In this document: positions 1-12,259 of the stretch, piece after piece
Layout: each line of letters opens with the position of its first letter
Numbering within the stretch: position 1 is the stretch's first letter
Assembly (NCBI GenBank): GCA_049724395.1
Contig: JAUGWO010000140.1
Location: 62,001 to 126,000 of the forward strand
From: Spongospora subterranea f. sp. subterranea
Lineage: Eukaryota
Reading direction: 5' to 3'
Length of the DNA stretch: 64,000 nucleotides
Notes under the pieces: generated by a model
What the model was told of the DNA's origin: nothing
What the model saw: only the letters and a program-made list of their open reading frames with translations
Database searches by the model: none
Made by a program: the position numbers and the translations under genes

Positions 1-142
1 AAATCCCGACAAGGTTGGTGGCCACGCTGACCGTACGCAGCGAGGACAAGCTGGACTTGAACAGTATCCTTTGTTGAATAAAGCAAAAATAAATAATGTA
101 GTACAAAAACGAACCAAACTCCGAATGACCGCAGCCTCCTGT

Positions 143-275
143 GGGCCCTCTCCTCCCGATATATCAGATCACTCGGGCTGTATGTTCAGTGTACATGGAG
201 ATAAGGCCCCGCCCACTGTATCCATCATTCACCGGTACCCTGTTGAAGGGCCCTCTCCTCCCGATATATCAGATC
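143..275. repeat. 28-bp exact direct repeat (143-170 and 248-275) upstream of the kinesin gene
   Basis: gggccctctcctcccgatatatcagatc occurs twice, 105 bp apart. Confidence 0.9.
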
Positions 276-359
276 CATCAAAGTCCATCAGATTGTCAGA
301 GGATTAAATACCGTTCATCAACTTGTATATGCAACCGCCATTATAAGTTGCCCCAAAGC

Positions 360-2595
360 ATGATCCGACTTCTCTATCAGGTCTAGGATTCGCTCACTTG
401 TTGCAGTTGTTCGATATTCATTTTGCGGGTTTCCTCGTCGAATCAGGTTAAATATGAACGAAGTGCGACACATACATTGGTGGTTGCGGGCGCGATTCCT
501 CAGCTGGGATCATGGGATATTTCTGGGGCAATTCCATTACAAGAATCAGCTCGTGATCCACAGACCTGGCATTGCCAAGTTGATGTTCCGTCCATTGATT
601 TCGAATACGCTTACGTAATGGTGGCGAAAAATCACGAAGAAGAGAGCATTTGGTTTCCTAAGTAAGTCGAATATTTGATTTATCCTTTGTTGTACTTTCA
701 ACCGTTTTTAATCTTTATAAGAGCAGTTCCCCGTTTGTTAATCGTATCGTGTGGTATTCAGGCAGTTGATCCGTTTACGAGGAAAGCACAGGGTACAATA
801 CCACGTGTCCTTCCGCTCCATTGATCTGTGCCTGACATTATGATCCGGTTATATAGTGTGAACCTGTAGTATGTGTAACCGACGACAGGCTGAAATACTC
901 ATCAAATAGCCTCACAAGGCGCCTTTCAGATCTTGAAAATCGTCTTAGTTTCGTCGGCGAGACCATACATCGCGACAGTAGTGATACAGTTCACACTTCG
1001 AACATGAAGGATGTACAGCAAGTTCTTGAACAACTGCGGAAGCAGTTTGTTCAGGAAGCTGGTCTGGATACTCCGCTTACTCCAGATTTACAAGTTGCAA
1101 TAGTTGCTGCAGATGATGGCGTTAAGCGTGTTCGTAGAGCATGGCTAGCCCTCCACCATGATATGCAAATATTTCGGAAGTCGGTTATTGACGAATCTCC
1201 ATTTATCACGTTGCGGAATCGCATTGAATCCCAACGCAATGCGATGACTCAGTTGGCTGCGGATTACGCCAAAGAAAGGTCGCGAAAGAAGGGCCTTAGT
1301 AGATAAAGTTCAGTCTCTTCGAGGTAAAATTCGGGTTTTGGTTCGCATTCGTCCCCAGCTGGGCTCCGAACTTGACGAAGCTTGTGCCGTCGAACCTATT
1401 GACGACACTTCATTATGCATTCGGGACAAAACATTTTCTTTTGATGGCATTCTTGGTCCTTTTTGTTCTCAAGCTGATGTATTTCATGAAGTGGAAGATG
1501 TGGTGGGTTCCTGTTTGGATGGGTTCACCTGCTCGGTTTTCAGTTATGGTAAGCGCTTACTTTTATTGTTATTCAGTTTTTTGATAATATTTTTTAGGGG
1601 CAACAAATAGCGGGAAAACGTTTTCCATGGAAGGCCCGAAAAATGATCGAGGCGTGAGCTTCAGATCATTGCGACATTTATTTGACCTGAAAGAGCAGCG
1701 TCATTCTACTTTCGATGTATCAATGCATCTAAGCGTCGTCGAAGTCTATAATGATGCTATTTACGATTTATTGGTTCCAGGCGATGATAGACCTCCATTA
1801 GAGATTGTCGCCGCCGCCGGATCTGATGATCGAGGCAGAGTGCTTAATTTGACGTGGTCCGACATTACGTCAGCTGACCAAGCTTGGGAGTCCATATCAA
1901 AAGCCACACAGTCTAGAAGTATTGGAGCGACAAGAAGCAATGAACGAAGCTCGAGATCACATCTGGCAGTTTGCGTATCGGTGCAGAGTTTAGATCGCCG
2001 CTCCGGTGCTCGCCTTTCTGGTAAGCTCGCGTTGGTCGATCTCGCAGGAAGCGAGCGTCTGAGAATATCTGGAGCTGTCGGTGATCGGTTGCGCGAATCC
2101 CAAGCCATCAACAAGTCATTGAGTTGTTTGTCAAATGTTTTCAGAGCTTTGTCAGGCGCCGGGGAGCAACATGTTCCGTTCCGCGATTCACGCTTAACAT
2201 TTCTTCTCCAAGATTATCTGAATAGCAGCGCTCGGGTCATTACCATTGTCCATGTGAGTCCTTGCAATGGCCCTTCTGCGGATGAATCGCTGTGCTCGTT
2301 AAGGTTTGCAGAGCGAGTTAAAGATGTTGACCTAGGACCAGCAAGCCGCCGAATGGAGTCTGGCAACTATGTGAAACACAAAGTAGCTTCGTCCAACAAG
2401 GATAAACTAATCGAGTCGCTTAGAGCCGAAATCGCATATCTTCGATCTCGACAACCGCATACCTCAACAGGCTCACCGGTGAGGCAATCACCCGCACCAA
2501 GAACTCCACGACATCAGCGAAAATTGGCACAATCAATCAGATCGGGTGAAGAAGAGAACAATAATTACATTCCCAACAGGAAAATACCTTTCTAA
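360..2595 (+). CDS. Kinesin-14 (C-terminal motor) with N-terminal CBM20 module; apparent 1-nt frameshift at ~1285
   Basis: Spliced MIRLLYQ|VKYER..VVAGAIPQLGSWD (CBM20-like), coiled coil, neck LRGKIRVLVRIRP, P-loop YG|ATNSGKT, switch motifs NERSSRSH and LVDLAGSER, HVPFRDSRLT; introns ~381-446, 662-721, ~792-869, 1549-1597. Confidence 0.9.
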
Positions 2596-2623
2596 ACGTT
2601 GACGAGATATATTTATCATCATA

Positions 2624-3792
2624 CTACTTGAGATATTTGTGAAAAAATCGTTCACATATATCGTATGAAAGCACAGCCATTCCAAACAGGGGACCAACTA
2701 CCATACCTCTGGCAGATGCGCCTTTGAATAATGCTGAAACTCCCTCTTTTCTCAAAACGGTTTGGAAAGCATCAAACACGCCAGAGTACTGGGCATGACC
2801 TACTGTCGCTTTACTCTGCAATCTCGTCTTGATTACATCACAAGGGGTGACAGCAACGGCACTGACACACACAATCACTCGCCGAACCAACAAGACCAGC
2901 TAACGTGATACCTTATTATTCCAGCGACAGTTCCAAGGGCCAGCGTTGAGCTGACCGCGAGGTTGCCCTCTTCATCAGCGAACTTCTCCTTGGATTTACA
3001 ATTGATTGTAAAAAAGAGAACCGAGAACGGTATATCCCTGAGTAGGGTTGCAGCACTCCCTTTATACATACCCCGAAGACCCAGATCACGTATCACCTAT
3101 AGAGTGAACCGCTAAAACCCCCTGTCGCTAACGTAAAACAGTGTGTTATCGCCAACCTGAACAGAACTGGCTCCTTTACTGGCCATTTGGGATCGGATCT
3201 TCACGATCTCCATTGGACTCGTTATGCTGCACTGTACAAGGCCTGACCACAGAGTTCTTGTCATAACCATGCATTACATACAAACTATGATTATTGATAT
3301 GAACCTGTCAATGCTCCGGCTAGGACTTCGTTCAGCAGCGAAACCTTTCCGTTCGAGTCCGCCAGAATTTCTCGGAATTGTGCATTACAGGCAAGTTTGA
3401 GCGCTTTTTCGGGCATAACACCGACTATGGACATAGTGGGTTAATTACCGGAAGGGGATTAATGATAATCAGACGTGATACCGAGATTGGGAATCAGACC
3501 TCGATAGGCCCCAGAGAAACCATCTGTGGCGATGGAACTCCTTAGACAATGCCATATTCCTCGGTACTGGATGGGTGATTCGGCAGTCTGATTCTGGAGC
3601 CGAGTCTTGGCCAGATCAAGCGGAAAAATCACTATCAGTAAAATGAAATCAGATCATGATATCCCCGATTGGCCCATCGCATCATCGTTCACCTGCTGTT
3701 CCTATAAACCCACCAATAGCGCCTGATACCAATTTGACGGAAAACGGGGTTGCAACTGCATATTCGGAATCAGTCGGTGTAGATGGTTTCAT
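2624..3792 (-). CDS. Mitochondrial carrier (SLC25), glutamate or aspartate/glutamate carrier-like
   Basis: Three PxD/ExxKxR repeats (PLDLAKTR, PMEIVKIR, PCDVIKTR), PEKALKLA and LLRDIPFS motifs; several short introns. Confidence 0.9.
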
Positions 3793-4666
3793 CGGGGGCG
3801 AGTGTAGTAGGATGTGTTGGACCGGTTGGTTGATGGCGATGGCCTATATCTGTGTATAGCGACTGTTCCTGTGCCCCGAATTGCCGGAATATCAGAGCTG
3901 TGTAGATATTCTGTACGGCGTAATCAATCGACCCAGACCCAATGTATTAATCCATAGTATCTGGTCCTTATTCGCAGCTATCACAACAAGGGAAGACGAT
4001 GGGCAGAATACACACGAGAGCCGATCTTATTATCGGCTGAAGATTCAGATATCTTTCGAAAACCGAAATACATGAAAACTCACCCGCCATTGACTGTCTC
4101 CCCATTAATTGGTTTTCTTTATATTTTACCGTGTTTGATACCAATTTGGGCAACGTAATGTATTTGACGAGGCTGATTGTGCTACGTTTGATGGTGCCAA
4201 GGCGAGGCGGCGATATACTGTCGAATCACATTGGCCACATTGCGCGAAAAGTAATTTCAGAAAAATTTACTAATCCCCAAATACATCATCACTTTTTCCG
4301 ATCAATGTGCTTACCTATTCCCTCCGTTTGCTGAAATTATTATCAAATGATATCGGAGTCGGCTCATGCGATGTTCCATCTGGAAGAAGAGCGGTAGATG
4401 GCGACAGCACTTATACATGGCATTGGTCGGGGTTGTAGAAATTGGTTCAATCAGGTTCGTCTTTGCCGTAAAATGGAATGATGAGTCGTTGTTTAGTTGT
4501 GTTGACATTCAATAATAGAGCCGCTGTCGCCTGAACAATTTTGTTTTAGCAGATTTGGTCATTGGCGTTGATCATGAGCATTGGGGGTTCAAAAAACAGA
4601 AAGCCAGTAGACGATCACCGCCGATGTTGTCACACAATCCTGACAAGAATTACACAGCAATTGACG

Positions 4667-5954
4667 TCAGCAATTAGCCATAAGTTTAAGAATATGATCG
4701 GCATTCATTCCGTCCTTGAAGATAACCCGTTCCGGTAGATACAACCTTTGCTTGGCGGCATCTTCTTGTGTCAATGTTCGACAACGGTCCTGCTCATTCA
4801 CGTATTCGGAACTGGCGATGCGTGTTCGATAGGACTCCTCCGTCATCGAATACCAGTCCATCGCCAATTCGGGTATGTGATCATCTAACCTGGAATCATC
4901 CTGACGATGGACGAATCGGAACGACCTATCTTTCTTGAACCACGTGACCTGACGCCGCGCAAATTGCCTGGAAGCGGCCTGAAACTGATCGACAAACAGT
5001 CGGAACCCAGGGATGCTGAACGATGGCGTGTTCCAATTCGAATCCAGATATTGACAAGCGTGCTTGTATCCGATAGCGGTGGCCGGAGGTGAACCTGGCA
5101 CCAGATACCCTTGCGACCTTAGCTCCATCACTTCGTCCAACAATCCTTGCTGCAGCATCTGTTCACATCGCAGATCGATCGCCCGATACATCGACTCGCG
5201 TCGGGAATATTGCAGGAAAATCGAACGGAAATCGATGAGGTTATTGTGTTCGGGTGGCGCGGAACGACGGCCGTCGTATTCCGGAAACGACGAACCTTGA
5301 GGAAGGGACCGTAACCGATGAACCGCCCGACATAATCGCTTCATATTCCCAGGTTGGATCGTGTTTAGATAATCCATATATTGATTTGGGTGGAATTCAG
5401 GACGGTTTCCCGACAACAAAGAGGCGATCGTGGGTATCGCTTCAGCCCATGATCGGTTGTCGCCAAACCCATTCTGGACCAGCGCCAGCGTATCTTGATC
5501 GGGTCGCAGAATGGTGGACGGCGATCGATCATGGCCATAGGTCAGGAAGCTGAGATACATGCCAGAGCCGCCACAGACGATCGGCAGTTTCTTGCGATTA
5601 TGGATGTCGAATATTGCCCGACGAGCGCGCTGGGCGAAATCTGCAGCTGTGAACGGGGCCGTGAGTGCAGTTGATGGATCAACGATATCGACCAGATGAT
5701 GTGGGATCTGATCCAACCACAGTTTGGGGGGTTTGGCGGCCCCAATATTGAAATGTCGGTAGACGGATAACGAGTCGGCCGATACGATTTCTCCATCGAA
5801 CTGCTTGGCCAGCAATGCGGCCAACGCCGATTTCCCAACTCCAGTACAACCTGAGGCCCATAGTTGGCTGAATGATGGTAAAAACAAACCACAATGCGAC
5901 TGGTTATTCACCTGATAATACTAAACATCGAGGCCTGACAGCAGCAACGGCCAT
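4667..5954 (-). CDS. miaA: tRNA dimethylallyltransferase (MiaA/IPPT family)
   Basis: MAVAAVRPRCLVLSG|CTGVGKS P-loop across one intron (~5852-5911), SADSLSVY..IGAAKP, PHHLVD, GGSGMYL, AIGYK, FARRQVTWF. Confidence 0.92.
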
Positions 5955-6453
5955 GATGAAAAAAGAATTTGGCGAATCAGACACGATCCGGGTGCCAGAA
6001 ATGTATTCTCTCGCGGAGTTACCGGAATCGCCCGAGATTCGGGCACAATATAGGGTTTTGGAATTTACTGTGATCACATAACTCTGATCAAAACTGATAT
6101 TCGTATTCGCTGAAGAATATAGGGGCAGTTGAGCGAAACTCGTCGTGATTGCGAGTTGTATTGTTTCTCGGTGTAGAATGGGCGTTGTACACGTGTAGAA
6201 TATATATTTCAACTGTATAGAATTTCTTTAATAAAACGAATTCTTAGGTATGAGCGAATAGAATATTTCAAAATTGCAGACCGAAGACCATGATGGCGAT
6301 ACGAAATCGGTCCAAATAGCCAGTCGTGTGTTGCGACTTGCCTGTGAGACTGTCATGCCAATGACCGGGGCCTTTTTCTCAGTCAAATTAGAGGCCGCCC
6401 TCGACCAAGCTGCCATCTTTCGTTACGCCACTCACAGTTAAAATCATTTCGAT

Positions 6454-7999
6454 ATGAGCCAGATATCGGGATCACGACGATTGTCACATTCGCCAATATG
6501 GGATATTCCCTATCCCTTGCATCGACATTCGGCTGATTTATCATCGTCTTGCGCCCACATCGTATCCGCGTTCGTCGTGTCGAATTCGTCGTCGAATGCC
6601 CCGGCGGTTGTTATTCTCAATTGCGGTTCCGGTGAGTTCGGGTTTCTGATCCTAAACTGCCTCATCAAATCACATAATCCGGACTCCAAGTTCACATTGA
6701 TTTTCTCGGATCCGTTTCGACATAATATTATTGAATGCCAAAGATATTATAATCTCAGGCAGTTTCAGCCTAGCTTTGACGTCGATTTCGCTGTGTTTGA
6801 TGCCGAATTAGACACAGTTTTAAACCTAGAGTCGGCTCGAATTCTACATAATATTCCTGTCATCGTCGTTGCAGAATCGCTGTTCTTGGACCGGCTTCGT
6901 TCTGATATATTTATAGTACGTGATGGCGAGCTTCTGGAAGGTGTCACCCAACTCCAGTCTTGCCGATTGTGGGAGCCAGATCTCTGCGATCGATCTTTGC
7001 GCCAAAGATTGCATCTCGGCGTGGAGTACGTAGCGATTCCGGATTCGAAAAAGCCTCTGTATACTGGCTCATATGAACCGCTGAAGAAACTCGTTGATCA
7101 ATTTCACGTCGATAATGAGCCGTTTTTCATTCCTGTTGGAGCTTATACTGCCATCAACAATTTAATATATCTAAGCCAACGGAAATTGTTTATGATCTGT
7201 ATCGATGATTGTCCACCGATAGCGTAATGTCCTTGTATTTCACGTTTTGTCTCACGGTTTCTCATGAATTTTTCAGGCAGCTTTCTAGAGATACTATTCG
7301 GTCATCATTTTTGCCCTTGATCGATTCATTGAACGGAACATTGTTGACGACCTCCTCCTCTTGCAATACTAGTATTGCGTATTTTGATTGCCAACCAGAA
7401 CAGGCTATTTCATCTTACAATACTATCAAGAGCAATGGACAATTTCCTGATGTGTCCAAATTCGATCAATGCGATGTGTTAAACGCGTTGTGGATCCTCA
7501 CCCATTCCGATTTTGATCCTAAGGTAACTCTTCAGCAATACCCTGGTATTCATATCCAAATGTGTGAATCGTAATTTCAGGTTTTTTTGAGCGTTGCAGG
7601 CCATTTATCCAACGTTGCTGGATTGCCTGCGTTGGTTCAAGAGCAACTTCATGCAGCTATGCGGAATGTATTTGACAGGCGTGGACCAAGGGATCATACA
7701 AGTTGCTTGCTAGCGTCCAGAGTTCTGATGAGTCTTAAACTTTTCAAGAATTCCTCCATCATTTTGAAAAAAATTATCATTGAGTAGGCGGTTTTTTACG
7801 GACAAATATCCTCAAATTCACCCTCTGCTTGCTCAGATGGCCTAATAATGCAGCTGATTCATTGTACAATCTGGCATTATGTTATGAACGGCTTGGATCG
7901 GTAGAGCAAGCGGTCAAGACCATCGATAAACTTCTCGAATGTTATCCACATAATGCCAACGCAAGGGAACTAAGGCTTGAATTATCAATGCGTCAATAA
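6454..7999 (+). CDS. Degenerate SAM-methyltransferase-like domain with C-terminal TPR
   Basis: LNCGSGEFGF (motif I-like), DFAVFDAE, IVVAESLFLDRLRSDIF; last exon ADSLYNLALCYERLGSVEQAVKTIDKLLECYPHN is TPR-like. Confidence 0.55.
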
Positions 8000-8308
8000 G
8001 TTGATTTTCGTTGCCTAAACTTATAAATACTACTAATATATGCTGCCCAATGGTTTGTTATTGGAATCCGTCAGCCATCTTCAATACACAATCTATCTGT
8101 ACAGTTGCGTTCAGCAACGATCACTAAGTCCCATTGCTCAAACTATGTAAACCATCTCATGAGGGTTATCGGGTTCGACGAGTTGATTACTCGATATTAT
8201 ATCGCTAGATATTAGGTACCGAAGATATTCGCCTCATTCATTGTTGCGATTAATATCTATCGTCGTCCATATCTCATTGGACACTCTGTCGCAAGCGTTG
8301 GTTTAACA

Positions 8309-9347
8309 ATGGACGGCTATCTCGATTCGAAAATCAGCGACGATAAACTCGAATTCGATCCTCAAGTCAGGCTATCTTCTGTTTTATCCGGGGCGAAGTT
8401 CTGAACATATTTCACTGCTCAGATTGGAGTTCTGTCGCATTTGGATCTTCGCGAACATACTTTCGCTTATGACGAACGTCAACACAATCGACGAGATTCG
8501 CACTCTTCATTCACTTCAGAGCCAAATGTAGCGGATTTAAACATATGCGGAAGCGTTGGCGACGATGTCGAACAATCCACATCATGCAGGCAAGGCTCGT
8601 CATATCACTATTCACAATTTAGCCAGCTCGCGATCAATTTCTATGCAAAACCTGATTTTGACGTTGATTGAAATTTTTGATAATCGTGTTTACAGGGGCT
8701 CAGTCGTATCCAAAAGTGCTCTCGGGTCAAGAAGAAAGATTAGGAAGAATAATCGTGAAAAAAAGCGACGCCTTGAGCTGAACGACAAATTCGAGGTTCT
8801 CACAGATATGCTAAATATGTCATGTGCGAAAGGTGATCAATATACCACACATAGCTCAATTCGTATTCACCGATTTCAATGCAGCTGAAAAGTTCATTAT
8901 ATTAAGCGAGGCGATCAGTCTCATACAGAGCTTAAGAATGGAGAACAACAGCATGCAACACGAGAAGATGCAGCTACGGTCCGAGCTACAGCATATGACT
9001 GCGTTACTGCAGCAGGCGTTCCCTGGATCGGTATCCTAAATTCAAAAATATTCCAGAAACTTGTTTCAGACGAGAATGTGTGATAGGTGTTGCCAGAGTA
9101 TCAGTCATCGTTCTTGATAGGTTCCGAACCTCAAGGACAAAAGGAAACAGTGGACAGTTTCGGATTTCAGGCGATGCCTCCAACATCCAGATTTCAATAC
9201 GATTCATTTGATAACGATGCGAGTGGCCTGAGCAATGGCTCGGTTCAACCGCAGGATTTACCACTGTTTAGGCCAGGCACTGATAATCCATTCCATGGCA
9301 ACGCCAATAGTAAGAGCTCGGAAAGTCACTTCGACATATTCGTTTGA
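8309..9347 (+). CDS. bHLH-leucine zipper transcription factor
   Basis: RKNNREKKRRLELNDKFEVLTDML..|AEKFIILSEAISLIQSLRMEN followed by heptad repeats; multi-exon. Confidence 0.85.
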
Positions 9348-9485
9348 TGATGAATCACAAATGTTAATTGCTTCCGTCGGGACACAAACTCGTTCATACA
9401 CAATAAAATAACATAAAACAGATTGACTACATTCATCATTTCATATTAGTGGATCGATATATACTGGCAAAACTCAGATGGTAAC

Positions 9486-11924
9486 CTAAAAACATCCTCC
9501 TGAACACGCAGCCGCGAAAGGAGTACAATGAACATATCGGGACTGCACTGCAACTGCACACTGAGCGCGTCGACGTAGGTCTACAGATCCAACATCCATA
9601 TCGTTCTAAACAAACGAGTAAAAAAAGGAGCCAAAATCAAAATCATACATACGTAAACAATGATGAACTGAAGAGAATTGAAAAACTGCTGTAGTCGATA
9701 GCGAGACGCTACATCATTGGTCGACAATGCTGAGATAAGGTCAGGAATTGGTGATAGTATGTTGTTAATAGGAGGATTGGGAGTGCATAATTGTAGACAC
9801 TAATAGTGGGTTCAGAATGGCAAATCGCGGGGTCAAAGTGGTTTTACCTGAACAATTGCTTTATGATCATAATCCCCCGAACCGGATTGATTCATTTTAT
9901 CTATCAGGGGAATGAAATTACAGAGCATCTCAGGGATGTTGATAAGACGTGACAACGGGGCAGATGACCCATCTAGATTCGCATAGAAAGCGATGAGATT
10001 CGATAGCGAAAAAAAATTGACACCAGCGAACCTGAGTGATAAATTATAGGGCACACAAACGCAGAGTATGGCGATATATTCAGTGGATAACGGGGACAAC
10101 CAAGAATGGAAAATAACGGTTCAAGTACTAATGTTGGAGGTCAGACAGGGAGACACTTTTCAGCTGAAATCAGCACCTCGGATAATGCTGATGGGGAAAA
10201 AATCCATCCGGCGAGCCCCTAATAAAACACAGTTGAAATTTGAATGACGAGAAACTCGAGGTGTTATGACCAATATGATGACATATGTGGTCAATTAGGC
10301 CAACTGGGTCTACTGATGATTCTGTATTTGGTCCCTTATCAAGCTTAGACTCTAATGCCAGCAACCGTTTGCTGGACCGGACTGGCGATAAGAAGATGTA
10401 TTTGAACATGAGTCTGTCGCCATGTGATTAATTACATCATCAGCAGATCCCATGACAGTATCACCGATTAGACACCGCAAAAAAAATTATTGGCTTCAGA
10501 TCTGGATGCTCTCTGTCAAATGTCAACTTCAAGATAACTGGCAGATCCGCTATCTGCTTAGCTGCTGACATTAACGCTGTCAGATCATTTATCGCCATCT
10601 ATTGGTATATCAGCAAGCTAAAAACTGGTGCCTGAATCAGAAATACGTGTTGCTCAGATTCAACAAGGTGGTAATGCACAACAGGGAATACACGGCCTGG
10701 AAAGACAAAGATATGAAGACCAGCGAAAGGGCAACAGCTGCGATCCCACCTTTCAAAAAACAAGACTGATCCACGGTGGCTAAATCCCGAAGACGGTCAT
10801 AAGGAAGTTCTACTAGTAGCAGACATTGACGCGAGACATTCAGGATATGGTGAACTAATGAGTTGAATTGGACCACATGAGACAATGAAGGAAGCGAACC
10901 TAATTGTACTATGAACAACGAAGATGGAGTAAACTAGCATATACATTACCTCCTTGAACGTTAATCATATATGAAAAATCACCAGAATACAAGGCATTGA
11001 ACTTATGAAGTGAGGCATCGATAGAGGGGATAGACATAAATCGTTTCTCAGAGTACAACTATATATTGCGGATCTCAGATAAAAGGCATGATATGAATAT
11101 GCCGTATTACCTGTAACTGCATAATTATTGGGCGATGTTCTTTATGAGCCCGAACGAAATCGTCAATATCGGCATCTAACCGGGGCTGTTTGGATGCAAA
11201 CCCCATAGCATTGCTGAAAAAAGAGGCATCCCGACAGTAGACAATCGATTTGACGCCATGTGTAGGGCATCTCCTCTCTAAATATACACATCCATCACGC
11301 TCAATAACCTATCATCCCGTCAGGGATCAATGGACGCGATGTCAAATTCTTCATACAGCTGCATCGACAGGGTCGAATCCGCGTCGCTCAATCAAAGAGC
11401 ATGATACACATAGCGTCTTCGTCGAATAAATAACACGTTCCGTAGCCCTTCCTGTATCAGCTGATCTCTTCACGCCAGACTCAGTATTGATGACCCGCTG
11501 TTGGCAAGATGCACAGCACTATAAAGAACAAAACATTAAATTTGAGATGAAAGGTCAAAATTTTGAAATACCCGCTGTAAATCGATATCGGGTGCGTTTG
11601 GATCTAACGACATACGCTTATTGGAACAGGGATCACAAAATACTCGACCACAGAACCGGCAATGACTGAGAAATTTCATGAGTACAGCTGATTCAAATTG
11701 CCGATTCATTCCACATACTGCTAGAATGTTTCAAATTATGGTCAGTTTAGATTGCTTTGCTCCATATGCATATCAATGTCGAATCAGCTGCTGCCGTTTC
11801 AGACAAAAATTGAGGTTACCTTGCGGCGGAATAATGTGAAAGATGCAGCGCATGCAAAACAGACTGGGGATTGACTATCTGGAACCCATTTGAAATCGAT
11901 AGATAGCCTGGCCGATCTGGCCAT
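9486..11924 (-). CDS. FYVE domain fused to Tes/GDGT-MAS (MJ0619)-like radical-SAM-derived protein lacking CxxxCxxC
   Basis: Spliced WVPDSQSPVCFAC..FRRK|H|HCRFCGRVFCDPCS..R|CCASC (FYVE); TKTLCVSC..VIERDGCVYLERRCPTHG; DFFPIS; DGSSAPLSRLINIPE; C-terminal FIIVYNDMDVGSVDLRRRAQCAV..TPFAAAC; more than ten short exons. Confidence 0.75.
11719..11720 (-). other. 2-nt microexon (CA) in the FYVE gene
   Basis: Minus strand reads ttctag|CA|gtatgt; joining AAG|CA|T CAT TGC CGG restores RRKHHCR. Confidence 0.8.
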
Positions 11925-12259
11925 GGCGGTCCTCAAGCTGGTTTAACTCTAGCGCGACGCTTTGTCCCGGCGATTAGGGTAGTCCGAATAGACGGAATCA
12001 CGGGGCAAGCGAGAGATAAGTCCCCGCGATCAACATCATTTACGATCGAGGTCTCCGCTCCCTAATTCTGCATTGCACTATGAACTCCATGATACGATAA
12101 TGAAGGCATCATCACACCACCACTTGATCACCTATATCATAAACGCTTCAAATAGCGATCACATTATTTGTTACGTCTGGTGTTACATCACTCATCGCCC
12201 TAACGTTCAACCCCTTTACATTAGCCATGTTTGGCTCAACATATACTTTCCGGGATTTA

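Noticed and set aside
1..77. Possible 3' end of an upstream gene (IPTRLVATLTVRSEDKLDLNSILC*) followed by AATAAA
   Set aside because: Too short to identify or support
3880..4600. Short ORFs and a possible intron between the carrier and miaA genes
   Set aside because: Could not assemble a consistent spliced frame or recognise a domain
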